Part shown: piece after piece, positions 44,501 through 56,700 of the stretch
Layout: every line of letters starts with the position of its first letter
Position numbering within the stretch: position 1 is the stretch's first letter
Source of the DNA: Magallana gigas
Taxonomy: Eukaryota
Direction: 5' to 3'
DNA: 64,000 bases
Assembly: GCF_963853765.1 (NCBI RefSeq)
Contig: NC_088860.1
Coordinates: 20,708,001 to 20,772,000 of the forward strand
Translations under genes and position numbers: made by a program
The notes under the pieces: model-generated
Told to the model about the DNA's origin: nothing
The model's input: the letters and a program-made list of their open reading frames with translations, nothing else
The model's database searches: none

Positions 44501-47500
44501 GCTTTGTCAACCCTCAGCGATAAATCCTAAATTACGTCTATCCAACAAGACATGGTCCGTAAATAAACACATTTGACATTTATTATGAGTATGTTTTATA
44601 TATTTAACGATAATTTTTTTTTCACATTTGTTTGAGTTTAGATATACATTAATTTATAAATAGACATGGATCATAATTCATATCTTTACACATTTATGCA
44701 TTTTATATAAACAACGTAATTATATTAAGATGAGCTAACTTACTTAGAATATAACCTATTTCTTCAATGGCTGATCCAAACTTCTACACTAATAATTTTT
44801 TGTTTTTTTTATTTCTGTGTTTTAACTTTAGTTTGTTTCTGAAAGCTGTACAAGCCGATATAATTAAATTCTTTTATATCGTATAAAGAATGTTGCCAAC
44901 GTCATAGTAAGACTAACGTCAAAAACGTATCAATACGCCTGACGTTACGTTTGAATTTTGTACAATATTACGTCATTTTAAAGGTGAAATGACCGTTTTT
45001 ATCTACAATGAAGTGTAAAAAAAATTAAATTATAAGCAATGAATTCAATATTTATTAGTTTTATACGATATAAAATGGTTTGAAATAGTTTACGCTTTTT
45101 TATAAACCGCTTCGCGGTTTATAAAGCGTAAACTACCCCAAACCATTTTTAAATTATATCGTATAAAACAAATAAATATTGAATTCATTCTTTAAATAAA
45201 AGGCATAACTGTGAACATAAAAGATTTAAACGGTTAAGAACACTACTTATTGATATATTTAACGTCTGCTGATGGTATGACAAAAGTTGCATACATGTAA
45301 TATGTTCTAAAAATGGTTCTCCTTTTACTTTCGTTTACAGGTTTAGTGTTCCTGCCAGACAGCATTGGTTACTTCATAGGAACCAATTTCTTCGGAGCGG
45401 TGGCCAAACAAATAGGAAGGTGATTCAGAATTAGAATTGAGCAACTGAAATACTATCTAATGTCAAAATTAAAATCAAGGGAACGTTATAATTATGAATG
45501 TATACAATCATCCTGAATATATATTAGAAGAAATTAATAAGGTGACGATTGTTAACTATCATATTCAAACACAATAAGTACACTTTACATGCATCTCCCT
45601 AGAGAAAAATTCACTTGTTTTATGTTAAATTACTGTATTGATTTCATTCCACATAATATACATTTGTAAACTCACCAAACTCTTACTTGTAGGTAGATAC
45701 GTGTACTATAGAAAGGCACAACCACTCAGCACATTTAGATACTCGTAAAGAAGCTTTAAATTACCATTGAAATATTTCATGTCATTTCAGAAAATGTTAT
45801 TTTTACACTCAGATTGGGTATTTAAATTATAAGTTTTAACTGTTAGTCCTCGGTATTCTATTATTCCAGATGGATATGCTCTTTATCCTGTATGCTGCTA
45901 CTGGGATTTTGTCTGATTTGTGTAAGTTAACCTTTTATGAAGAAAAGTACAAGGGTTTTTAAGTGTAGTATATACAAAATATACATATCGGCTTCCGTTA
46001 CTTACGGGTATCCGTTAATAGAAGTCCCACCAGTTTAATTAATATCAAAGTGTTTCATGAATCTACATTTTACATTGTACATTACATTGTTATGTAATAT
46101 TCAGTATTATATGTGTAACTCCTACAGTGATATCTTAATCAATACTCAATCTAAGAATGCATATTTTCTAAATCATATCAAACAGAAAACCGATTAGTTT
46201 GTGTTTTTCTTAATTCAGATACCATTTTCAACATCAGTGACCCAGCTAATGCTTCCACACTTTGGAATNNNNNNNNNNNNNNNNNNNNNNNNNNNNNNNN
46301 NNNNNNNNNNNNNNNNNNNNNNNNNNNNNNNNNNNNNNNNNNNNNNNNNNNNNNNNNNNNNNNNNNNNNNNNNNNNNNNNNNNNNNNNNNNNNNNNNTTC
46401 TCAATCCCTCCATATTAGGGTAATAAAACCACAATCCAACGAATAACATTTTTAAAGTATGACCTTTTTGATTTCTCCTTTAATTTGTGAGGATTACAAT
46501 TTCAATGGAAAATTTAATACAGCATAAATACACTGTGATAGAATTTTGCAATGAAGTACAAATGTAGGATTTGTGATGTATTGAGAAATTGTTTTCATCG
46601 TGGCGTTATATTGAATTTCCACTAAATCCAGTTTTAATGGCTATGACTTGTAGAATTGAAACTGCGGTAATGCATTCAACTTCCATACTTTCCATCAATT
46701 TCAGGTATAGTAGATGCGGCTTTGATGCCTCTGCTAGCTTTATTGGTGGATACACGGCAAATGGCTTCCTATGGAACAGTCTACGCTGTCGCTCAGTTGT
46801 CGGTCTGCCTTGCATATGGATTAGGTTGCCCTTTTTTCCAGAAAAGTTCATTTTTTACTCCTCTTCATAGTTGCTTGACGTTTTAAAATATTCCTTTCAA
46901 TTATAAGATTATCGCATGTACTGTTATTTTTTTTGAATGTCAGGCGCCTATAACTATCTCAAAATTATCATGAATTACAGTAACTGTTTAAACTGTGCAA
47001 AAAATTGGTTTTGATTTCCTCCCTTTTTGTTATTAAAGGGCCGCTCCTTGGTGGACAAGTCGTAAAAAGGTTTGGATTTCCAAGGTGATTATATATATAT
47101 ATACATGCTAAACTTTTCAGTTTTACAATATCACATCAATTCTATGGTGTTAGGATCCCGATGATATACATGTATATATAAGAGAAGGTAGCATATCTTT
47201 CGAAACTACAGTTTCAGTACTTTATAAAATAAAAGTGTAGTCATGTTAGTGTTAGTAATTTCATACAATACATGTATGCATTTGATATTTAAATTTATTT
47301 ATTTTTTCACCAACCCTTTCTTCAACAGTTCTTTATTGCACTTCGTAAACCTCTGCACCTAAATATCTATAGATGTTAGAATCGATTTTAAATTTTGTTT
47401 TCAGCCTAATGTGGTCACTTGGTGGACTATTAATTCTAACAAGTCCGTGTGCCATTGTTCTACGCTCTGTCAAAACCAAAGAGGAATGTATGGTAAGCAT

Positions 47501-48421
47501 AATGAACAAGGATGTCAAGGGTTGTCCAAAATTCAGATACTTTTCACCATTTATGACATTTAAAATGACTACATGTAATAGTTATATATATAAAAGTATT
47601 TCAAAACGGTTCTGTAATCAAGTGTTAGACATCGGTTGTTTTCAAGACCGTTGCGTCCAAGAAGCCTAGCTTTGTTAAACGAAACGCTTGTTTGGCCGAT
47701 AAATTGATTTAAAGTTGGAAGCATGCCTTGAAAGACATCTTACGTCGTTTGTTAATTTTTAAGCGGAAATAAGCATGTTGAAATTACAATCAGACAAAGG
47801 AGGAAAATATCGCCAAGTAATTAAAATACTACATTTAGTGCGCAGTGGTAGCTGCGTTAACTATCTTGAATATTAATCTTGGCACTTTAAATTGAGACTT
47901 TGATTTTTCTACAAAAGCTTCAAGGCTAGAGTATCGTTCAAGATCGTCATAACTAGGTAGGGTACTTATGGCCGCTCCGATTTTGATCATAAACGATGTC
48001 GTGCGTTGTTCCACGAAAGAAAAAATCTGCAAAAATATGATACGCGGATCTAAGGGGATGAATCGTTTAAATTTCACATGATTTTTTTAAAAATCATACC
48101 AAAAATAGGTTTCAGACTCCCTCCACCCGGCAAACAAAATTATACTTTGAAATCCCCCACGGAAAAAAAAATCTGGATCCGCACTTGAATTTATAACGTC
48201 AAATAGTTTGAATGTTACATGCAAGAAATTAAAATCAGTAAAATAATATTTAAAAAAAATTTTAATTGTACCCCAATTTTTTTTGGTGAATAATGGATAA
48301 AAATAGGATATTCATGAATTATTTGTATCTGCTTTAACAGTCATTGATACTGGATTCAGAGGACGAGGCGCTGGTAAAGGAAGACACACCACAATACAAC
48401 AGGCTCTATACGGACGACTAA
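41525..48421 (+). CDS. SLC18A: SLC18 vesicular amine transporter family member (VMAT-like, portabella-type substitution)
   Basis: Exons 41525-41633, 42052-42301, 42753-42811, 42956-43132, 43353-43442, 43542-43582, 43689-43758, 43956-44051, 45341-45419, 45870-45921, 46219-(gap), 46705-46824, 47039-47084, 47405-47492, 48341-48421. Motifs: LDNILLTSVVPIIP, ENSQVGLLLSSKALVQILANP, GRLVHGIASAF, ERSKVMGVAMGG, VGYPFGGFLYD, LLKDPFILITAG, LEPTIPIWI, GIVDAALMPLLA, YGTVYAVAQ, GPLLGG. Phases are consistent; exon 11 runs into the N gap. Confidence 0.92.
41734..41944. mobile_element. MITE, CTGTATAC-terminus family
   Basis: CTGTATACAAGG at 41734 and CCTTGTATACAGTA ending at 41944; internal TTTTCGCC / GGCGAAAA-type inverted motifs. 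Confidence 0.8.
45038..45189. repeat. 152-bp near-perfect palindrome with a 3-nt loop, part of a larger element starting near 44864
   Basis: The left arm AATGAATTCAATATTTATT...TAGTTTACGCTTT...ATAAACCGC, loop TTC, and right arm GCGGTTTATAAAGCGTAAACTA...AATAAATATTGAATTCATT are complementary over ~70 bp. TATATCGTATAAA is repeated near 44872. Confidence 0.85.
46269..46397. other. Assembly gap (129 N)
   Basis: Run of N that removes the 3' end and donor of SLC18 exon 11. Confidence 0.99.
48041..48185. mobile_element. Short MITE with GCGGATC TIRs
   Basis: ACGCGGATCTA at ~48042 and TCTGGATCCGCAC ending near 48184; lies in the last SLC18 intron. Confidence 0.6.
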
Positions 48422-49453
48422 TGGCGGGAAATTCAAATCATTTTCCATATACTTATTCAAATTATGTAAATGATAAGCACATATGTCAAAGTCTATTTCT
48501 CAAGGCTGTATGAAATTTAAAAAAAAAAAATAAAAAGTGATTTGGTTCTTTTCAAAGATTTTCCAAAAATGTGTACTGTTTCATAAACACTTGGAAGCAT
48601 ATTTTAACTACCCTTATTAGTTTTTAAGAAAATAAAGCCATATTAATTTGATTTCTGATATTCTTTAATATTAGTTATTTTTCACTCAAATGTTTTTTTT
48701 TGTAATTTACACTTTCATGTACCTGTGGACGTATCAATTTTTTTTGTTAAATCAGAAAGGGTCTTTATTTAATTAATTATTTATTTATTTATACATCATA
48801 CTTTTGAGTGAAAATATTTATCCTACCTTAGTAGAAAGATGGCAACCAAACAATGATTCCCTTAAAAGCACACCTCCAATTTTTTTTTTTGGGGGGGGGG
48901 GGGGGGGAGGGGGTTGGGGGCACGAAGAACAGAACTTTGTGTATGCTTACCTTCACCGTTTGATCTGGTAATCAATTATGGTCATTCAATCAGTGCATAG
49001 AACTCTTAAATATATACTTATATGTCTATCAAACTGATTACAAAATATTTGTTGTGCAAACTATGACAGACCGACTGACACTTGCAAATGTAGACAGAAT
49101 TTTAATAAAATAACAATTGCATATTTTATAATATATTACAATTAGCAACAAAACCTTTCTTTTCTTTAATATCTGAAATAACAAAATCAAAAAATAAAAT
49201 TTTTAATAACATAAAAGCAAGATACAACATTATTATAAAAAAAGAGACGCTTTCATTTAAAACAAAAATATGACGGGAGAGAAAAATTCAAAACAAAAAA
49301 TCGCAGAAAAAATCAATGTCATTATAATCTTGATTGAATGTGAAATATACATGATTTTGAAAAGTTTAAAAATAATGCCCATGGAACACATTGCTTACAG
49401 AAATAATAACAACATACTTAATTATTTATGTTCCTACCATTAACATATACGGT

Positions 49454-49681
49454 TACTGTAAACCAACTTTTATTCGCGCGTGCGAGAGATTTTCGCGAAG
49501 TTCGCGAGAGCTTCATTGTCGCGAATATTTCTCCCCAATGACTAATATTCGCAATACAGTTGTAATAAAAAAAAATAAGTGTGGATAATACTTTGTCGCA
49601 AAAATAAGTTACGCCACGAACCAGTTTAATTTAGGTGTAGCGCGAAATAAAGTCATCGCGAATAATAGTTGGTTTACAGTA
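49454..49681. mobile_element. MITE (228 bp) with TA-flanked TIRs
   Basis: TACTGTAAACCAACT at 49454 and AGTTGGTTTACAGTA ending at 49681; interior rich in TCGCGA/CGCG. Confidence 0.85.
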
Positions 49682-50779
49682 CATTAAAATAGCAAAATCC
49701 ATATCAATTTCACAAGTTCTTTTTCTGGTCACCTTTTGAGTTGAATATATTGTATTGCCAATGGCCATTAAAACTTTTTACATCTTTGAAATCACTCGTT
49801 TTGCTCTATATTTTAATTTCCTATTCTTCACATCAGGAGATTTACTCTTACCTTGAAATTGAAATCAACGATGTAAAAATGAATATTATAGTACATATAC
49901 ATCCAAATTGATTCGATGGTGGGACACACACAGACACACATAAAACGAACAAAATTATTCAAAGAGAAATCTACGCGTTGCATAATGAAGAAATATATAC
50001 ATACAATTTTACGTCCTAGACAATCAGTTCGATGCAAGTGAAGCAAATAAATAAGGCACATTTGTGACTAATGGATGGCAGTGACAAAAATATTAAAGAT
50101 TTAATATCTGACAATGTGTGCAACAAACCAGACTTATATATATTTAGGAATGTATGTTTTTAAAAATGTCCATGCTCTGAAATATATAATTATTAACTTG
50201 AAACATATTATACTGTGATTTTAAACATATCCTGAAATGTAATATATTGTTATTTTAAAAATGTTTCATTATATTATTATTTTTCATATTTGAATTCATG
50301 TCCTGAAAAAGTTTGTTGAAAAAAAAAAGATGTCTTCAGAATCCTGCGTCTTTAAGATTGTGTTCACGGATTGTGTTGGAAGATTTTTTTTTAAAAAATT
50401 ACTGGTACTCATGTTTTGCTGAGCTCGTATTCTAAAAGTGTTATCGTGTAAATAAACAGTTTTTAATCAATTCATTTTTTAAAAATACTGATCACTAGCA
50501 CTGAAATAGATTTGCACAATTTTAAACATTTATATATTTAAAAAAGTAGTTTAATTTTAAAAAGTAATATTATATTATTGATATATGTGAAAAGCACACT
50601 GTCGGACAGATATCACTAAATTTCGATATCGACCTTCACAGGCGTTTTCTCTGAAACAGTTTTTCGTAGAATATGACAAACAAGCATGCTCATTGGCCCA
50701 AAACAAATCGTATCCTGTACCCAGAATTCCATGCTTTAATTTTAACATTTTCAAGCAACGTAATTTCCGGAAAAGGTCC

Positions 50780-53700
50780 CTAATACCCAGTGTTCCCTAC
50801 TCCTGCCACCAAGCTCTTCCGGCGTGACCACTGACCCGATAAACTTCGGCTCCTCTTCTTTTGTTTGGGGTCAGGCATGAAGGGGACATATTTCCATCCA
50901 TGCCACTGTTTGATTTTGTTTGGCAGAGGTATTTCATATATCTCTTTTCCTTCTTCGTAATTCTGCGCCATTGTTTTGCTCGCTTCCTCTTCGTCGTTAG
51001 ATTGCCAGGCAGCGATACCTCTCTCCTCCAAAGTACCTGTCAAAAATAGGACTTTTTAGATGCTGAATTCATTATTGAACCTCATATCTCGGAATTTCTC
51101 AGTCAATATAACTCTTCAGGTCGTGCGTGTATTAAAAAAATAGTTATTGTGATTTTAAATAAAAACATTCTCAAGATTTATCAAAGAAGAAATGAATCAC
51201 ATATAAATCAGTATTATACTTATACCACCCCATCTACCTTTATTCTGTTATATTAATTTGGAATACATATATTTACCTGGGACTGTGTTGTCAAGGAGAC
51301 ACGATAAAACGCCACACACAAAATTTGGATTTCCGAGAAGACCCTTCAGACTAAAGTTCAAGTCCGCGTAACCTTGAAAGATTAAATAGATTTTTACAGT
51401 CACATAAAAAAGACCGTGAAGGATCAGTTTGGTGTAATTATATAGATTACTCGAACAGCTTAGATTTTGACCCGATGACCGAATGACCAACGACCAAAAA
51501 AAAGACAGACCTACGTCGTAAACTACTCCAAGTCCATGGTCTTGATAAAATGGCTTTATATTTGACAGATCACAGACTTGTTCAAAAATTTATACATTGT
51601 AGATATGCCGTTTTAATAGATAGGCTGTGACACTCTTAAAGTTAAAAACAAATCTCAAGTTATATTCTGTCAAATATCACACTAGTGTTATGAGTAGAGG
51701 GCAAATTTGAACCATACCTGTATCAATGTCACTGCCAAACTTCTTGATATATTCCGGAATAATGAGACCAATCATGATGGATGTCCCGATGATGGCAAGG
51801 TTCCGGGTGGAGGTCAAGGACACTGGCCTGAGATTGGAGAGCGTGACCCCTATGAACATCCCCATCATGGTGATCAGTGAACCTCCCAGGACGGGGTTGG
51901 GAATGGAGATGAAGACCGCGGAGAGTTTACCGAAGACACCGAGGACCAGGTACAATACACCGCAACCCACGAACACACTGGTACTGGCAACCTGAAGAGA
52001 TTAAGTATAGACGTAGACGTGAAAAGAGAAAAAATTAAAAGAACTGAAAAAGAAATAAATTTATTAATGTTGTTGTAATTTGACTGTGACAAGTCCTTTT
52101 TAGGAAAGCTATGATCACTGTTTTTGATTATTTTATACATTATCCGTAAAAATAAAATGGATGTTTCCAGCTTGTTATAAATCCTGATAGTGTAACGTGC
52201 ATTGTGTGTTAAGACCAAAGCCGAAAACTCTACTAAACAACTGTTCTTTTCCACTCATTAGGGTGAAGGCACTGACACACTTTAGAAAGAAAAACCTATT
52301 GCACACACTATTATCTTATCTGATTTAGTCGACTTTTCATCTTTTTTAGTTCAGGTCTGAAAACCAGGCACTTTTTTTCAACCTGGCGGGGTTTTACGGA
52401 TGATGAACAAGATTTTATGGATGTGTCGTGCGATAAATATGCCGCTAATACAAAAAAAGAGGTCCATAGGCCACATATTTCACCTGTCAGGAACAACAGT
52501 TCCTTGAAACATTCTATTTAGTAGCATAATTATGCTATTTCTATTTTAAACTTCGAGCCCCTTCTGGGGCCCCAGTATTGTTCCCTGGTTTTTGGTTGGC
52601 CATAACAATTTAGAATCTACACTATTTTAGGATGCTTGCTTAGTAATCTCACAAACTGTAGCTTTGTAGTTCTCGAAAAGAAAATTCTTTAACATTTTAA
52701 TAATATATATTTCTATGTTTAGTTTGAACTAGGGAAGTCGACGAGTACTCGAGTATTTGGCTATCGCTCGGTCACACCGATCATCGACTAAAATTTTCTT
52801 AGTCAATTACTTGTAATAAAGTGAATAGAATTCAAAAATATTAATTATTTTTCCTTAACGCGGCAATTGTTCTACGAATGTTGATAACAAGTTTTTTTCT
52901 TTTCTCGGCATGTTTGATCCATAAGGTACGCTCTTTTCCATCGATGTCCCTTTAGTATTTTAATTCGAAGCGGCTAATAATAAATCTCTTTTGATTTACT
53001 TACACCGACATGTATCATTACTTGAGAACAATTTTTGTTTCTTCTAAATCATTTTTTGGATTTAATGTTTGTATAATCAAAACTTTAAAAATATCAATAA
53101 TTATCTTAAGGCGTTTGTTTTTATAATCATTAAACTTTGATTGTTGATTAGGCAAGGACAATGACTTAGTACCGTGGAACAGGTCACATTTGATTTGCCT
53201 AATATGATACGGAGCTCAATTATATGTAAGAGTCACGAGAAAAAATGAAAAGCCAGACCATTTTCTGACGGATATTTACATACTTTCCAATTCATTTTAT
53301 CCCTAGTTTGAATCCCTCTTGGGGCCCCAAGTATAAGTCCGGTGTTCATGCCTTTATTGAATTCATTTTTTAAGGATGCTTGCATAGTAATCTCACAAAT
53401 TGAAGCATTGTAGTTCTTGAGAAGATTTTTAAAACATTTTTTTTTCTATATATGTTAAACTTTGAACCCTACCTCAGGTCCCAATTTTTCACTATATTAA
53501 CAAGCTTTTGTGTAAATATTGGCATTTCTGGTGCAGTGGTTTTTTATAAGAAAATTTTAAAACATTTTCCCTTCGTATTTCTATGTTAAACTTTGAACCC
53601 CGCCTGGGACCCCAGTTTTGGTCCAAGGGTCATGATTTTTACAATTTAGAATCTTCACTATATACATGTAACCAAAGTTTTGTGTAAATATTGGCATTTC

Positions 53701-56700
53701 TGGTGCAGTAGTTCTTGAGAAGAAGATTTTTAAAGACACGCATCCTATACTCACTGTTTCGCAATTTTATTTGACAATTTAAAATTCCTTTCCCATAAGG
53801 ATGCTTTGTACCAAGTTTGGTTAAATTTGGCCCAATGGTTTTAGAGAAGAAGTAAAAAATTGTGAAAAGTTTACAGACAGACGGACGTACAACAGATGAT
53901 CAGAAAAGGTCACTTGAACCTTCGGTTCAGGTGAGCTAAAAACTTAACATTAAGGATCAAGAAATAGACTTAAATTCTATTAATTTTAGCCTTTTATTTA
54001 AAGAGCTGTGTAACAATACCCTTAGTTGCTTCTGTTCCATGTGAAAATAAAGATAGCCTAGCCTAAATTAAAGGCTTTAGCTATCTTATTCCCTTTTCTG
54101 CCCCACTTTATTATGATCATTAAGATTTATTCCAAAGATGGGTATAATACACGTAATACAAGCTTTAGGTGATTAGTTGAGAACCATACCCTGGTCACCC
54201 CGATAGCCCCGATGTTGCCTCCATATGTCGTCGTGGCTTGGCTTGCCCCTATAGCACCTGATATTATGGTGCCTATACCTTCTACCATTATTCCTCTATT
54301 AACTGCATGCTGTGGAGGGGGAGGCACGCGGCTCATACTTGCGCATGCGTAGTAATCACCGATGGAATCCAGAATCGATAGAAACGTGGCAATTAGAAAA
54401 CCAAGAAAAACTGGTGTTGAAAAGCTTACAGCACCATGCATACCTAAAAAGTAATAAAAGTATTGCATTTCTGTACAATCGTTGCATGTCTATACAATTA
54501 TTGCAAATACCGGTAAATGTATCTCCAACATTATTCAACTACCATTTTTGGGGGGTAATATTCATCACAAAATCAAAAGGTAAAAAGGGAAAAAATACAA
54601 TAAGACCAAAAGCTATAAATATACATGAGTTCTACAGGTATGGCTGTAATATACATCCACCTGGGTAAGGAAAGATAAACCAGTCTGCCGCGTCTATTCC
54701 ACTGAGTCGAGAGTCGGACCGGGCTTTGTATCCTTTGTCTAACTTATCATCCGTAAATCCACCGGCCGCTGTTATTATCCAACTCACTATCCAGCCTACG
54801 ATCATGGATATAAGAATCTATGGATATAAGGATACATCCAGTTTTAGGATACACCACATGTAAAACTTTGAAGTATTTGTCATTTGGGAAATGAAGATAC
54901 TGTCACATATAGTGCACTAATATTATAAAGGCAAAATATTCACTCCAGCGACAGCCACATTTTATGGCATCAGGCTAGAATTTTTTTTAAATATTGAAAT
55001 GGTATTGTATATAGGGAAATATTCGCCCCGTTTTATTTTCGCCTATTTCGTCCTCGTTTTATCGGTTGAATTTAAGACTGGACGAATTCCAATATCTCAT
55101 ATTATCTTTCTTTAAACACAACTGTGGCTGGGCGAAATTAAGACGGGGCGAAACTGTTAGCAAGTGTAGAAGGGCGAAAATTACACGGGGCGAAAATAAC
55201 TCTGTATACAGTAGCTGATCTGCAATGTAATGAAAAGAAACTTACAGCAAACACCTGGTGGATAGGGTACTTGATGATTCTGCAGCCTCCTTTTGGAGAC
55301 CACACCGGAATTAGCATATTGTACTTGGCTAGGTAGAACGCCAGGATAAATCCAGTGGCACTTACGCTGAAGCAAACAACGTCAGGTATATTATCATGCA
55401 AATACTAACTCTCGTGGTTTGTTCCAAAACTCAGAAACAACGATTCCGCTTAAATTGAAATTGGCTTATAACCATATTTCGTTTTATCACATTAAGGCAA
55501 AGAAAACAGTCTAAAATGTCAGATAGTGTCAAACATGATTTGATGACAAAAAAAAAGCAAAATAAAAAAAAATGTTTGCCGCTATGTCCGATTTCTAACA
55601 TACACGATCAAGATAAAGAAAATGCATATGTATATCTGATTCAATTTTCCTTCATTTAAGAAATTTAAAACTTTCGCTCTTTGTAATAACCTTAATACCT
55701 ACAGAAAGGTGATCCCCCAATTGGGTACACAGAAATCCAATATAGGGTCCACCACGTATATCCCGAGCAGGAGAATGGTCGGCACTATTGTGACGGGGCC
55801 AATGAAGCGCAGCAGAAACCCTATCAGTCCCGTGCCCCCGATCAGGGCGTGGATGACCCCCACTAAGATCAAACAACCCTGCAACTGGACAACACAACAA
55901 CATAGCTCTAACACTAGAACCATTTTAACAAGAGCTTGGACTTTGGGTAGTTGAGTCAAACGGCAATGTGACGTAGACCTGTCTATTTCATTGTAGGCCA
56001 CTTAGCCATGGCTCTTTGAAATCAACAGGGTTTGCCTGGCTTTTGATGACTACGCAATCGGTGTATATTTCGCTTTCATTTTAACTTGTTTTGAAGCAAG
56101 AATTGAATCGTTACATCCTACTGAAAGTCCAAGTACTTGTTAAAATGGATCTATAATTTACCAATGATAATGGAACATAATCCGTCAGCAATTTATCATT
56201 TTTTTATGTTTGATAATTTAAATTATTTTTAATTATCTGTATATTGATTTGGTCAAAATTAGACGTAAAGTGAATAAATTTCTTAATATGTTTTATATGT
56301 TTGTAGGTTTCGATGGATTGCGGTTTATACGAAATTTTCATGCAGAACTATTTCTTTAATTATATTATTAGACAAAAAAACCCTTTAATTGGTTAAACTG
56401 ATTGGTATCACAATTACAGGTCAAGAAAATGCAATGTACTTACTTCCTGCATATTATTCAAAATGAGGTTTCGCATTTCTAATTCCTCATTAAAGCTTGT
56501 CAAAACTGATGCATTTGTAGAATTTACCGCTGGAAAAAAAATTGTGTGAAGCATTTATTAATAATGAAACTAATATTCATTTGGATAAATCTTATATGAA
56601 AACTTTATTTTCGATAGCTATTTTTTTTTCAGTGTAAGAAAATATTATTATGTATAATGGTGTATGAGCCTTAAGCGTATACTATAACATACGTTCTTCA

